Virus record (IMG/VR): IMGVR_UViG_2740892274_000005
DNA length: 44,169 nt
Source: a virus
Lineage: Duplodnaviria > Heunggongvirae > Uroviricota > Caudoviricetes
Reading direction: 5' to 3' (one strand)
Shown: positions 7,274 through 17,044 of the stretch, piece by piece
Layout: each line of letters starts with the position of its first letter
Position numbering within the stretch: the stretch's first letter is position 1
Program-made: the position numbers and the translations under genes
Notes under the pieces: generated by a model
Database searches by the model: none
What the model was told of the DNA's origin: nothing
What the model saw: the letters and a program-made list of their open reading frames with translations, nothing else

Positions 7274-9328
7274 TTACGCGTTATTCACTTCCACCACGAT
7301 ACTGTCAATCAGTACCGGGTAAGTCGCATTTTTAGTGATATCGGTCACGCGCAACTTGTCTGCCGTAAACGTGCCGACCGGAGACTGCGACAGCATGAAT
7401 GGTGTCCCGTCCTTACCATCAATGACCGGCGTCACCTCAATACTGTTGTTACCGGCAAAACGGAAGCCCAGCGTATGCCATTCGTTATTAAATGCGCCGA
7501 ATGACCCCAGCTTCGTGTTCTGCGCCGTGTTTCCTTTGTGATACATCACGTTAAGGTCTGTGGCATCGCTCTGTACGTAGAACGATGCCAGCAGGTTATG
7601 ACCGGCATTTCCTTCCAGAGTAACCCCTTGCGGCAGGGCAGAAACCGGCCAGTACAGCGCCAGTGCGTACTGATTAGCCGTAAGCGCGCCATCGAGTTTA
7701 AAACGACAACTGACAAGACCACCTTTACCCAGCAGGTCCGCACCATTACCAGCATCATGCTCAAGGTACCAGGGGGCTCTTCCTGTTTCCTTGGTCAGTT
7801 TCATTGCCTTACCCCCGCTGGCTCCGGCATCATCCACGATTTGAGCCTTGCCACCTCCGGCAGCCCAACCCTGTGGTGTCAACCGTCCTTCAGACTCAGA
7901 TGCCCGGTAAGCAAATAGCGTACTCATCGTCGTGGTGTCTGCGGGTGGCGTGGACGGTTTTGATGGTGTATCAGGTGACGGCTTCTCATCCGGTGGTGTC
8001 ACGGTCTGCCCACGCATCAGTTCAGCCGTGCGCCCTGCATGGAGCATAATAGCTGAGGCCAGACGGTCTGAAATGACGCCCCTGCGTGCCCATGAGCTGA
8101 AATGGCTGTCACGCTGTGTCGAAACAAAACTGCCCTGGGTTCGGGATGCTGCACCGTAATACCCGACAGCCACAATATCCGGGTCTTCCGCCGGAGCATT
8201 CGTTGGCGTGCTCTGTCCATTCTCATCCGTCAGGAACGGTACAAAGAAAATTTTCTGTGCTTCCTTGCCTTTGTAGCCACCGTATACTGCCTCATATTTA
8301 TCGGTGCCAGCGTTTTTCCAGTAATACGTGGTATCACCGCAAATCCACGGCACCGTGGTGGCATTTCCACTCACGCACTGCGCAGCAAGCGGAGCCAGGT
8401 CAGTTCTGAACTGCTGAACCATGGCCGTGAATAAACTATTATGCTGCTGGCTTCCTGAGGCAAGGTCTGCCTCTCCCTGCATCCAGACCACAGCCAGAAG
8501 TTTGTTTTTCGGGTTTTTCGCCAGCGCGACTTTGGTGCGGCTTACCAGGTCCTGATACAGAGGTTTACCGGCCCCCCAGCGTGAAGAATCAGCGGAAGCA
8601 CCGCTGGCCTCACTGAATGAGCCGTCGGCTCCAGTGGTGAATGCTGACCCGCCACGACAACAGGGCACCAGAAGTATCCCGGCATTCTGTGGGATATAGG
8701 GAAGCAGTTTTTTGGCAATATGCAACCCCTGACCGACAGTCCCGTACTGGCCTTTTGCCAGATCAGCTTTCGGGTGGTTTATCCCGCTCATATCCTGAAC
8801 ATCATGCAGGCAGTGGTCTGCCGGAATGATGTCGTTGTATGTACACGACGTACCGTTGGGCGTTACCGTACTGCGGCGTGCCAGTTGCTTAATGCGTGGG
8901 TCCGGGCGGTCAAACGAATCCGGTAACGGCAGCCCCTCGCCGTAGGCCATGCCATTTGACTGACCCGCGAGAATGACAACAAAGTAATATTCCGGCTCTG
9001 AACTGCTGCCATTCGTGCTACCGGAAGGCCCGGCGTTATCCGGTGCATTCCAGTCGGAGGGCGTGAGCGTTCCGGCCACGTCAGATGTGATTGGAATGAT
9101 GCCAGTCACGCCTGAACTGGTGATTTCTGCACTGGGATTACCGGATACCGGCATTACCCATAATGGCTCTTTCGTGCTGAAGCGGATCACGCAGTCTGCG
9201 AAGGTGATCCCCCCTTTATTACCCGAAGGGCGGAAAGGGCTTTCAATAAATGCCACCGTGCCACCGGCAACCTTGACTGAAAACTCTCCGGGCATGGCGG
9301 AGAGCATTTTCCACTTGGAGTCTGACAT
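7274..9328 (-). CDS. SGNH/SASA-type carbohydrate esterase-domain protein (sialate O-acetylesterase-like), 684 aa; candidate polysaccharide deacetylase
   Basis: Contains the esterase block YYFVVILAGQSNGMAYGEG (GQSN motif of the SASA/SGNH fold) after an N-terminal region of about 115 aa. C-terminal region of about 250 aa could be a lectin/jelly-roll domain. Not a Mu core gene. Confidence 0.7.
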   Translation of the reverse strand: MSDSKWKMLSAMPGEFSVKVAGGTVAFIESPFRPSGNKGGITFADCVIRFSTKEPLWVMPVSGNPSAEITSSGVTGIIPITSDVAGTLTPSDWNAPDNAGPSGSTNGSSSEPEYYFVVILAGQSNGMAYGEGLPLPDSFDRPDPRIKQLARRSTVTPNGTSCTYNDIIPADHCLHDVQDMSGINHPKADLAKGQYGTVGQGLHIAKKLLPYIPQNAGILLVPCCRGGSAFTTGADGSFSEASGASADSSRWGAGKPLYQDLVSRTKVALAKNPKNKLLAVVWMQGEADLASGSQQHNSLFTAMVQQFRTDLAPLAAQCVSGNATTVPWICGDTTYYWKNAGTDKYEAVYGGYKGKEAQKIFFVPFLTDENGQSTPTNAPAEDPDIVAVGYYGAASRTQGSFVSTQRDSHFSSWARRGVISDRLASAIMLHAGRTAELMRGQTVTPPDEKPSPDTPSKPSTPPADTTTMSTLFAYRASESEGRLTPQGWAAGGGKAQIVDDAGASGGKAMKLTKETGRAPWYLEHDAGNGADLLGKGGLVSCRFKLDGALTANQYALALYWPVSALPQGVTLEGNAGHNLLASFYVQSDATDLNVMYHKGNTAQNTKLGSFGAFNNEWHTLGFRFAGNNSIEVTPVIDGKDGTPFMLSQSPVGTFTADKLRVTDITKNATYPVLIDSIVVEVNNA

Positions 9329-9413
9329 CGTCTTTTCTGCCTGTTTCTGAATTAAACAGAGTCAGAATAGCGACCGCTGAAAAATATGTGTTTTGCGGAA
9401 ATTCAAAAAAGCG

Positions 9414-9986
9414 TCACGGTACTTTTGGTGACGGAGCTGGTGAGGCAGGAAAATAACGATAAAGGGTGGAAAGGCCAATATCAAATATCAGTGCGATTTG
9501 TTTACGGGACTCGCCATTAGCCAGCAAACGGGCGATTTGCTCCCGCTCTTTCTCTGTCAGTTTCTGAGGTCTGCCGCCATGACGCCCCTGAGCACGGGCA
9601 GCAGCAAGACCCGCGCGTGTACGTTCAATAATGAGTTCCCGCTCCATTTCCGCCAGCGCGCCCATTATATGGAAAAAGAAACGTCCCATGGGAGTGGATG
9701 TATCAATATTGTCCGTAATGCTGCGGAAGTTAACGCCGCGTTGCCGGAGTTCTTCTGTTAAAAGGACAAGGTGCTGCATACTGCGTCCAAGGCGATCCAG
9801 TTTCCAGACCAGCAGGGTATCCCCTGGCCGGAGTCGCTTTAATGCGCGTTTAAGTCCGGGACGCTCCCTTGTCTTACCGCTTATTCTGTCTTCGAAAAAC
9901 AGCTCACATCCTGCACATTCCAGCGCATTTCTTTGTAGCGCCGTATTCTGGTCATTTGTTGACACCCTGATATACCCAATCAGCAT
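9414..9986 (-). CDS. gin: Serine recombinase DNA invertase (Gin/Hin/Cin/Pin family)
   Basis: MLIGYIRVSTNDQNTALQRNALECAGCELFFEDRISGKTRERPGLKRALKRLRPGDTLLVWKLDRLGRSM... is near-collinear with Mu Gin as I recall it. Lies immediately beside the invertible segment. Confidence 0.93.
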   Translation of the reverse strand: MLIGYIRVSTNDQNTALQRNALECAGCELFFEDRISGKTRERPGLKRALKRLRPGDTLLVWKLDRLGRSMQHLVLLTEELRQRGVNFRSITDNIDTSTPMGRFFFHIMGALAEMERELIIERTRAGLAAARAQGRHGGRPQKLTEKEREQIARLLANGESRKQIALIFDIGLSTLYRYFPASPAPSPKVP

Positions 9987-10051
9987 ACGATTTCCTTATT
10001 ATAAAAAGCCGGAATTGTCGCATGAGGAATAAAACAGAGTTAATCCTGGCT

Positions 10052-10077
10052 TTCCTGAAAACCTCGGTTTACGGGAA
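10052..10077. promoter_or_regulatory. gix-like crossover site (right border of the invertible segment)
   Basis: Plus strand TTCCTGAAAACCTCGGTTTACGGGAA; its reverse complement TTCCCGTAAACCGAGGTTTTCAGGAA closely matches the Mu gix sequence as I remember it (TTCCTGTAAACCGAGGTTTTGGATAA). It sits exactly where homology between the two repeat blocks ends. Confidence 0.7.
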
Positions 10078-10190
10078 ACGGTAAACAGGGCGGCGAATGC
10101 TCTGCCATCGGACGGCACCGCCGTTGCCGCGAATAGACTCGCCACCCCAAGAAATATTAATGGGGTTCCCTTTGACGGGACGCAGGACAT
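10065..10190. repeat. Inverted repeat block (partner at 11256..11381) inside the invertible segment
   Basis: Plus 10065..10091 CGGTTTACGGGAAACGGTAAACAGGGC is the exact reverse complement of 11355..11381. Tracked ORFs 9999..10199 (-) and 11154..11444 (+) share [26 protein letters not shown] and [11 protein letters not shown], which shows the inverted homology. Confidence 0.85.
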
Positions 10191-10425
10191 AAACATCACT
10201 TCTGGTATAACACAGCAGGATGCGGATTCCCGATATATCCAGGATATCAGGCTGGGAGCAGAGAACAGGCAGGTAATGTACGGTGGGGCATATTACTCTG
10301 CGTACGGTAATGTTATGGCAGGCCTGCAGATTGACAGTAAAGTTGATGCTTCAAACGATTTTATAGCATTCAGACCCCTGCAAAAATTAGTCGGAGGTAC
10401 ATGGATTACGGTATCTCAGTTATAA
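10066..10425 (+). other. Promoterless alternative tail-fibre C-terminal cassette (S'v-like), currently in the off orientation
   Basis: Plus frame from 10066 reads [119 protein letters not shown], stop at 10423..10425. No start codon of its own; it would be fused to the constant fibre part after inversion. C-terminal RPLQKLVGGTW parallels [11 protein letters not shown] of the expressed fibre. Confidence 0.7.
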
Positions 10426-10476
10426 ATAGTCAGTAAATAATATATTTTAAAACAGATTTATTTCCAGGAGGATTTT

Positions 10477-10998
10477 ATGGAACTAAAAAATATAACCCGT
10501 TATTATCCTGAAAATATGCCATATGGTAATAATGTTCAGTATTTCCAGAGTGAAGATGGTAAGGATTTCTACGAATCCCTGCCATTATTCACCAAAAAAT
10601 ATAAACTTTGCATAACACCTGACAGCGGCGTTATCTGCTCAATATCACAGGACGCCTCGGCGCTGTATCCTGCGGGGTTTTCTGTGGTTGAGGTCGATGA
10701 ACTCCCTGAAGGCACGGATATTTCAGGAAACTGGAAGTTTGATAATGGCATAATCTCCCGTATTCCGGTTAACTACGCAAGAAAACTGGAAGCAATGCGC
10801 CAGTCATATCTTAATCAGGCATATGAAAAAATTAATGACTGGAGAACGGAGCTACAACTGGGCACCATCAGCGATGAAGACAGAGCAGCACTTACCCAAT
10901 GGATGGCATACATCAGTCAGGTGAAGAAAATGGAACTACCCGCCATTAAAACAGAAGCTGAATTTAACGCCATTAAATGGCCTGAGCAGCCACAGTAA
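10477..10998 (+). CDS. Tail fibre assembly protein (Tfa/Mu U-type chaperone)
   Basis: 173 aa with AGGAGG upstream. N-terminal region and C-terminal ...AEFNAIKWPEQPQ are typical of the Tfa chaperone family. Follows the alternative fibre cassette on the same strand. Confidence 0.8.
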   Translation: MELKNITRYYPENMPYGNNVQYFQSEDGKDFYESLPLFTKKYKLCITPDSGVICSISQDASALYPAGFSVVEVDELPEGTDISGNWKFDNGIISRIPVNYARKLEAMRQSYLNQAYEKINDWRTELQLGTISDEDRAALTQWMAYISQVKKMELPAIKTEAEFNAIKWPEQPQ

Positions 10999-11001
10999 TA
11001 A

Positions 11002-11021
11002 AGAAGGCCGGAAGGCCTTCT
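11002..11021. terminator. Hairpin between the convergent Tfa and tail-fibre genes (possible bidirectional terminator)
   Basis: AGAAGGCC GGAA GGCCTTCT is a perfect 8-bp stem with a 4-nt loop between the stops at 10998 (+) and 11030 (-). The flanking T/A runs are weak. Confidence 0.45.
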
Positions 11022-11029
11022 GAATATCA

Positions 11030-11911
11030 TTATATACTTGCAGCCGTCACCCATGCTCCATTTAACAGATACTGCAACGGCCGGTAATACACGCCGCCGA
11101 CGTTATCTGCCGTATTCTTACCGACATCCTGTACTTTAATTCCGGTAAGAACATTGCCGCCCCCCAGATTCAGATCCCAGCTTTCCCATGTTCCGGGCAT
11201 ATGTGCGGTCACCGACCCCAGTCTTATGGCGGTTACTGTTCCTGATGAGATAGTGATATCCTGCGTCCCGTCAAAGGGAACACCATTAATTGTGTGGGCA
11301 TTTGCCAGCCTGTTCGCGGCAACGGCGGTGCCGTCCGATGGCAGGGCATTCGCCGCCCTGTTTACCGTTTCCCGTAAACCGACGTTATCGATAAAAGCCC
11401 CTTTATCCGGAATGTCTGCGCCGTTCTGCTCCCTGCGCAGGTAACGGTTATCACCTTCGCTTTTGCTGTAAACATCCAGATTATTACGGGCGGTTCCCTT
11501 ATTCTCCAGGTCGGCGAGATTCTGATCCTTCGCCAGGGCATTAACGTCAGCGGGACCAAGACTGTTTTTTGTGGCAAGCGTCCCCAGACCAAGATAACCA
11601 CGGGCCAGACGCTGGGCCTCCGCACCGGCATCAGCAATTTCTTTCAGGTTATTTTTCCGGGAAAAGGCATTCGCAGCGATAATGGCTTTAATGGACAGCG
11701 TAAGCTGGTTTAACTGCGCCTTATCCGGCTGAATACTGGCTTCAGCCAGAATATTCAGCAGTTCGGCCTGGAGAATATTCAGCCAGTCCTGACCAATCCA
11801 GCTGATACCTTTTTGTCCGTCACCTTCGGTAAACCAGGTGGTGGTATTACTCTGCGCCGGTGCCAGCGCAGGCATATTCGCCACGCCGGAATTATTATCA
11901 ACATGAAACAT
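11030..11911 (-). CDS. Tail fibre protein (Mu S-like), constant N-terminal part fused to the currently selected variable C-terminus
   Basis: N-terminus [43 protein letters not shown] resembles Mu-type fibre proteins. C-terminus ...[22 protein letters not shown]. The gene spans the left gix-like site. Confidence 0.8.
   Translation of the reverse strand: MFHVDNNSGVANMPALAPAQSNTTTWFTEGDGQKGISWIGQDWLNILQAELLNILAEASIQPDKAQLNQLTLSIKAIIAANAFSRKNNLKEIADAGAEAQRLARGYLGLGTLATKNSLGPADVNALAKDQNLADLENKGTARNNLDVYSKSEGDNRYLRREQNGADIPDKGAFIDNVGLRETVNRAANALPSDGTAVAANRLANAHTINGVPFDGTQDITISSGTVTAIRLGSVTAHMPGTWESWDLNLGGGNVLTGIKVQDVGKNTADNVGGVYYRPLQYLLNGAWVTAASI
11256..11381. repeat. Inverted repeat block (partner at 10065..10190)
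   Basis: Same evidence as for 10065..10190. Encodes the fibre segment [24 protein letters not shown]...[12 protein letters not shown] shared by both alternative C-termini. Confidence 0.85.
11369..11394. promoter_or_regulatory. gix-like crossover site (left border), inside the tail-fibre gene
   Basis: Plus strand TTCCCGTAAACCGACGTTATCGATAA, in inverted orientation relative to the site at 10052..10077. Confidence 0.7.
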
Positions 11912-12471
11912 TAAATAGTCTCCTCTTCATGGCTGTTTGCATAAACGTAAATAAACGTCTGCCATGCAGGCTTATAACGGTTCAGAATACATTCCAGCGC
12001 ACCGCCTTCATAAATACGCAGCGGCGTGAGAATATCATCCAGCACATTCATATTCCGGTAGCCGGTTTCACTGTTAATCGTGACAATACTGACCCACTGC
12101 GAATCCGGTGAGGGCTGAATGTCAATCTGATAACCAAACTCCGCCGCAAACCGGATATAAAATTCACGGTTCAGCGAGGGCTTCATCCGGTATTTATTTC
12201 CGGCATAACGCTGTCGCTCCGTGAGGGTGGCTCCGGCCATATCACACTCGGGAAGCCCGAGATAACGCTCCCAGTCTTCCAGCAGCAGGCGCGACGTGTC
12301 AGGGAAACGCTCGGCAAGCAGCTGTTTACCCGTCCAGGATACACGCGCTGTCGAATGACTGAGGCCCAGACATAATGATGCCAGTACGGATGACGGACGC
12401 TTGTCCCATGCCAGCCCGTCAGGCAGTAACTGCAACAGGGCGCGCTGATGCGGGGTCAGGGTTACAGCCAT
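11911..12471 (-). CDS. Baseplate/tail protein (Mu gp48-like)
   Basis: 186 aa, translationally coupled between the baseplate J-like gene and the fibre gene. Assigned by position in the Mu-type tail module. Confidence 0.6.
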   Translation of the reverse strand: MAVTLTPHQRALLQLLPDGLAWDKRPSSVLASLCLGLSHSTARVSWTGKQLLAERFPDTSRLLLEDWERYLGLPECDMAGATLTERQRYAGNKYRMKPSLNREFYIRFAAEFGYQIDIQPSPDSQWVSIVTINSETGYRNMNVLDDILTPLRIYEGGALECILNRYKPAWQTFIYVYANSHEEETI

Positions 12472-13544
12472 GTGATTTCTCCTACCGTCAGCAGCTCACT
12501 GTCTCCCGCCTGAACTGACGTCAGCGGACTGCGCACTTCAAAATCCTCCAGATTTTTCACCCCTGCCACCGCCCGCCAGAAAGACGACGGCAGAACCAGA
12601 CCGCCGGGCCGGGATTCGTTATACAACAGGTCGGTCAGCGCCTGTTTTACGGCCGCCTGATTCTCCGGTGTTTTCGGGATGATCCTGATGCTGAAGGGCA
12701 CCGGCTTATTGGTCAGTTTAAACACGGTCACCGTCGGCCCCAGAGGCTGTCCGACAGGCTGGCCGGTCGCCGGATCATCATGACTGCGGATATAATCCGC
12801 CACCCGCTGAACATCACCGTCACCGGGGAAAATATCCGGGTTATTATCCTGAACAAACGTTACCCCCACGCTGCCCGCCTGCGGCCATTCCGGGCGGCAC
12901 CATGCCCGCGTCACGCCCGGCACTTCACGCGCCCAGCGTTCAAAATCATACTGCGTGCCGCCGGACGGTGGATTCTGCACCCGGAAAACCAGACGGGAAA
13001 GCAGCTCCGGCACGGTTTCCACATCCGCACCACCGGTGATCCCCGTTCCGGTCACCGTGGCCGTCTGGTTGATCCCCGCCTGCGGTGTGATAAATGTCAG
13101 TTTTGTCCCTGCCGGGGCATTCCCCGCACGACCGGCACTTTCGGCTTCCACACTGACATTCAGCGTACCGGCCTTACCGGTCAGGGAGGTGGTGATACGG
13201 TAAACCACGCCATCACTTCGCTGGAGAAGCACACCTTCCTTGATCCCCGCATCCGTGGTCAGCATCAGCTGAACCGGCCCGTCCCCCCGAGAGGCAGGCT
13301 TACGCATGACGCCCCAGAATGCACAGTGTTTCAGCAGTTCGGCTTCATCGGCTTCGGTCGGGATGATCTGACGCGCAATCCAGGCCAGATGCTCATGCTC
13401 CTGAGCAGATAACCCTGCCTGAGCGTAAGCAATGGCATTCAGGGTGGTTTCATTCACACCCGGCTGCGAGCCGGGCAGGCGCTGGCTGATATCCTGCTGT
13501 GTCTGCGTGATTAACTGTGCCAGCGGTAAAGGCTGATAAGGCAT
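12462..13544 (-). CDS. Baseplate J-like protein (Mu gp47 family)
   Basis: 360 aa, overlaps both neighbours. Size and position match the baseplate J family in Mu/P2-type tails. Confidence 0.7.
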   Translation of the reverse strand: MPYQPLPLAQLITQTQQDISQRLPGSQPGVNETTLNAIAYAQAGLSAQEHEHLAWIARQIIPTEADEAELLKHCAFWGVMRKPASRGDGPVQLMLTTDAGIKEGVLLQRSDGVVYRITTSLTGKAGTLNVSVEAESAGRAGNAPAGTKLTFITPQAGINQTATVTGTGITGGADVETVPELLSRLVFRVQNPPSGGTQYDFERWAREVPGVTRAWCRPEWPQAGSVGVTFVQDNNPDIFPGDGDVQRVADYIRSHDDPATGQPVGQPLGPTVTVFKLTNKPVPFSIRIIPKTPENQAAVKQALTDLLYNESRPGGLVLPSSFWRAVAGVKNLEDFEVRSPLTSVQAGDSELLTVGEITWL

Positions 13545-13981
13545 TACTCCCCCTTAAGATCAGCATAAAAAATCATGGGCCTCACTGAACCATCAGGCAG
13601 GGTTATGCGCACCGAAAGCGCCAGCCGCGCGTGTCCCACACGTTCTGCATGACAGACCACGGATGACGCCACGCCATCCTGACTGAGCCAGCCCAGCGCC
13701 TCATCCGCGTAAGCACGGGCACGGCTTATCACCGAGGCCAGCGTTTTTTCCCGGCTGAGAAGCCACAGACGGGAGCCAATGGGGCGCGGGCGAAAACTGT
13801 CTCCCCACCATCCCCGGCGGTCGCGCGTACCGTCAGGGATTTCATCCGATGCCAGCGCCCGGCGGTCAGTAAACAGCGAAATCAGAACGGCCGTCAGCAG
13901 ACTGTCATCCGTCAGCAAGTCGGCACCGTTCAGTTGCAGCGAACCGCACCCCTGATCCCATACAATTGCAATATCAGCCAT
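13544..13981 (-). CDS. Baseplate wedge protein (Mu gp46 / GPW-gp25-like)
   Basis: Start taken at the internal ATG 13981..13979 (MADIAIVWDQGCGSLQLNGADLLTDD...), which overlaps the upstream stop in the pattern gagaATGGCTGAt. The tracked ORF extends further 5' into the upstream gene. Confidence 0.65.
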   Translation of the reverse strand: MADIAIVWDQGCGSLQLNGADLLTDDSLLTAVLISLFTDRRALASDEIPDGTRDRRGWWGDSFRPRPIGSRLWLLSREKTLASVISRARAYADEALGWLSQDGVASSVVCHAERVGHARLALSVRITLPDGSVRPMIFYADLKGE

Positions 13982-14588
13982 TCTCCGGCGCTCCTGTCTT
14001 ACTGCCTTTGCCGTTATCCTGATGCACATGGCCGGAATAGGTGATCCCGGCAATAACGGCATCAGACATCGTGAACAGCCCGTCTGATTTACCTGTACCA
14101 TCAAGCACGAAATTACCCTTAACATGCAGGTTTTTATCCACCGTCACATTGCCCGTAAAGGTGGCCTCCGGCGTATCCACCCGCATCCCCTCATCGGCGT
14201 AAATCTCCAGCATTTTGCATGTCACAATAATGCGACCATCCTTTGTTAACCGTATCCGGTGCCCCTCATGGTGATACACCCCCGTATCTCCGGCTGTGAG
14301 TCCGGTCGGGCGGCTGCGCCGGTCTTCCACCACAAGCACCACAGTCTGATCCCGCTGTCCGCCCAGACAGGCAAAAAAGGTTTCCGCACCCGGCAGGGGA
14401 ACGCTGATCTGCCCGTACTGCTGGGGACGCTCCACATCATCAAAGGTTTCGCCGTCCATGCCGGTGAGCTGCACATTCTGCATTTTCAGTTCGTCATGTG
14501 TGCCGGTCAGAACGCCCCGGCCAAACAACAGGCGAATACCGCGCGTTACCGGGGCAATCAGGCGGCTGAACACTTCATCATTCATCAA
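13974..14588 (-). CDS. Baseplate assembly protein V / spike (Mu gp45-like)
   Basis: 204 aa, ...QNVQLTGMDGETFDDVERPQQYGQISVPLPGAE.... Typical size and position for gpV-like spike proteins. Confidence 0.7.
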   Translation of the reverse strand: MMNDEVFSRLIAPVTRGIRLLFGRGVLTGTHDELKMQNVQLTGMDGETFDDVERPQQYGQISVPLPGAETFFACLGGQRDQTVVLVVEDRRSRPTGLTAGDTGVYHHEGHRIRLTKDGRIIVTCKMLEIYADEGMRVDTPEATFTGNVTVDKNLHVKGNFVLDGTGKSDGLFTMSDAVIAGITYSGHVHQDNGKGSKTGAPENG

Positions 14589-15702
14589 AGCTGATCCCCT
14601 GTTTTTTCATCTGCTGGCGAATAAAGGCATCAACATCGTCACCGGAACCACCCCGGCCCTTACTGTCCGGCTCTGCCGGAACGATAAAGCCGTCACGCGG
14701 TGCCAGTACCAGCCGGGTGACTTCCCCGTTATGTTCATCAAGTAAAAACTCCACCTGACAGACCAGCAGTTCAGTCTGTTCTATACCGAAACGCAGGGCT
14801 GAAACACCGGTCAGCAGATTGACATCCCATAACCGGCCATCATCCCGGAACCAGCCACGCACGGTGGCAGAAAACCGTTCTGAACGGGCAATCGCACGGC
14901 GCATTTCACGCAGGGCACGCTGCCGTGCACCGGTGGTGTCTGTCTGTTGATCGGCGAGGATGATTTTCGACCGGTAGCGGCCGATCTGCTCATCACTGAT
15001 GACGCCCACAGGTGCTGCCAGACGGGCGGCGGATTCGCTGTCTCCCCGTTTGCCACCACCGCGCCCGTGTCCCCGGACACGGTATTCGCTGTATCGTCCT
15101 CGCCAGTCCGTGTTGTAATCGGCATCAAGCAGGTTATCTCCCAGCACCAGTCTGTCCGTCTGCTGGCTTCCTGCCTGGGTGAACACCAGATCGCCGTCAG
15201 CATTACTGGTCACCAGCACCCCGCGATGCCGGGCAGCACGGGTCAGCGCATCCGCCACGGTTTCTGAGTTTTCCAGCGTAAAAGAGCTGAAGGGGCGTGC
15301 AGCCGTGTCGTCGTTAACCTGCCAGCGCACGGCTATCCCGAAGGGCGCACATAAATCTGCGGCAATCTGTGCCAGCGTCCGGTTGCGCCACTGGCTGCCG
15401 GGATGGATGGCGGCACAGTCCACCAGGTCGCCGGTTTTATCCCGACCGCTGATGCTGATCTGATGACGGGTTGCACTGATCCGCTGACTGACCTGATCCA
15501 GCCAGCCACTGATGACCGTCTGCCCGTTAATTCTGAGCGTCAGGGACTGACCGGTTCGCAGGGCTGAGGGGATGCGCTCACCGGGCAGCATCAGCCCCAG
15601 TTCAAACGACCCGGCCAGATGCTCCAGCGAGCGACGGACGCTGACCGTCAGCCAGCCGGAAAAAATACTGCCACCGATATACAGTTCAATCCTGCTGCTC
15701 AC
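14578..15702 (-). CDS. Baseplate hub / tail protein (Mu gp44, P-like)
   Basis: 374 aa, overlaps both neighbours. Assigned by synteny. Confidence 0.6.
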   Translation of the reverse strand: MSSRIELYIGGSIFSGWLTVSVRRSLEHLAGSFELGLMLPGERIPSALRTGQSLTLRINGQTVISGWLDQVSQRISATRHQISISGRDKTGDLVDCAAIHPGSQWRNRTLAQIAADLCAPFGIAVRWQVNDDTAARPFSSFTLENSETVADALTRAARHRGVLVTSNADGDLVFTQAGSQQTDRLVLGDNLLDADYNTDWRGRYSEYRVRGHGRGGGKRGDSESAARLAAPVGVISDEQIGRYRSKIILADQQTDTTGARQRALREMRRAIARSERFSATVRGWFRDDGRLWDVNLLTGVSALRFGIEQTELLVCQVEFLLDEHNGEVTRLVLAPRDGFIVPAEPDSKGRGGSGDDVDAFIRQQMKKQGISFDE

Positions 15703-17044
15703 TGATCACCTCCACGCTGCGGCCACCCGGAACAAAAACCGGATCGGGGATATTGTTTCTGCGGACAAAATACTGCCAGCGACTGCTGTTGCCGGTGGCA
15801 CGGTACAGCGTGACCAGTGCCGGTTCGGTGGTGCGAACCATGACCTGAAAAGCACCGGGAAGATGCACGCTCCGTGTGGTTAAATCTTCTGTCAGCGCAA
15901 GCCCTGCATCACGTAATGCAAGGGCAGTCCCGGTATAGCCCTGTGCGGACAGATCCAGCACCTGTTGTTCCATGGCATCGCTCAAATCCCGGTTGATACG
16001 CTGCACATCAGCAGAACTTTCCAGCCAGGCCAGTCCGCCCGAACGGTCAGTATCCTGAACGTGCGTCGTATTCTGCCGGATGACCTGATCCAGCAGTTTT
16101 CCGAGCGTCTGTGCCTGCGACACCAGGGTTGCACTCTGCATCACGCTCCGCAGCAGACGGATATTTTTCTGTGCCGCAGGCGTCAGGCCAATCAGGCGCT
16201 GTGGATCATCCTGTTCGCTGAGGGTGTAACGCAGGGAGGAAAGTGTGCGGTACAGCTGCGGCATGGCCTGCTCTGCCATGCTGTCACGGTTTGTGGTCAG
16301 GCTGCCGGACGGCGTTCCGGCTTTTCCGGTCAGAGACAGGGAAGGATCGCCGGGCAGCCCGGTCAGCACGGCAAACATTCCGGCCAGCGATTCAGCCATG
16401 CGACGGGGCGCATTAATCAGGGCGGCGGCATTGCCTTTCAGGGCAGTAAAACTGGCCGTAAAGGCACTGATATCCTGCACAATCCCCATCCCCGAAACGG
16501 CATTCTCCAGTGCATCAATCTTATCGCTGATGGTGTCGGTCATGGCCTGTACATCATGCAGACCGTCTGAAATCACCGTCCAGCCGTCTGAAAGCGTGTT
16601 AAACAGCTGATTCATTGCTGAGCCGCTTTTCTGCTCCAGCGCAGCTGCCGTATCTTCTGCCACCGCAGGGGCGGTATCGTCACTGGCGGGGATCACGTTG
16701 ATCGTGAACTCAACCGTTCCCTGCTCGCTGGCGTTATAACGGCTTTCAAAGCTGTTTATCAGCACGTTTAACGTGCCGTAATCCGGGTGCATCAGTTCAC
16801 CGGCACCGGGTGCACGCAGCGCATCACGCAGGCGGCTTCGCTGTGTCTGAAGATCGTCTCCGGTCACCAGAACCGTGAATGTGAACTCCGGGAGTTTTGG
16901 CCCCAGATCATCCGCACCGCCGCTTTCACGCAGTGGGTATTCACGGCGCACAATGTTACGTCCGCCCCGTTCCCGCTGCTCCTGATAAACCAGGAACGGT
17001 ACGCCACGAAAGGAGCCACGCCCCGGCGTGTCAGTAGAGGCCAT
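15686..17044 (-). CDS. DNA circularisation protein N-like (Mu gp43)
   Basis: 452 aa immediately downstream of the tape-measure gene. Assigned by synteny and size. Confidence 0.6.
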   Translation of the reverse strand: MASTDTPGRGSFRGVPFLVYQEQRERGGRNIVRREYPLRESGGADDLGPKLPEFTFTVLVTGDDLQTQRSRLRDALRAPGAGELMHPDYGTLNVLINSFESRYNASEQGTVEFTINVIPASDDTAPAVAEDTAAALEQKSGSAMNQLFNTLSDGWTVISDGLHDVQAMTDTISDKIDALENAVSGMGIVQDISAFTASFTALKGNAAALINAPRRMAESLAGMFAVLTGLPGDPSLSLTGKAGTPSGSLTTNRDSMAEQAMPQLYRTLSSLRYTLSEQDDPQRLIGLTPAAQKNIRLLRSVMQSATLVSQAQTLGKLLDQVIRQNTTHVQDTDRSGGLAWLESSADVQRINRDLSDAMEQQVLDLSAQGYTGTALALRDAGLALTEDLTTRSVHLPGAFQVMVRTTEPALVTLYRATGNSSRWQYFVRRNNIPDPVFVPGGRSVEVISEQQD

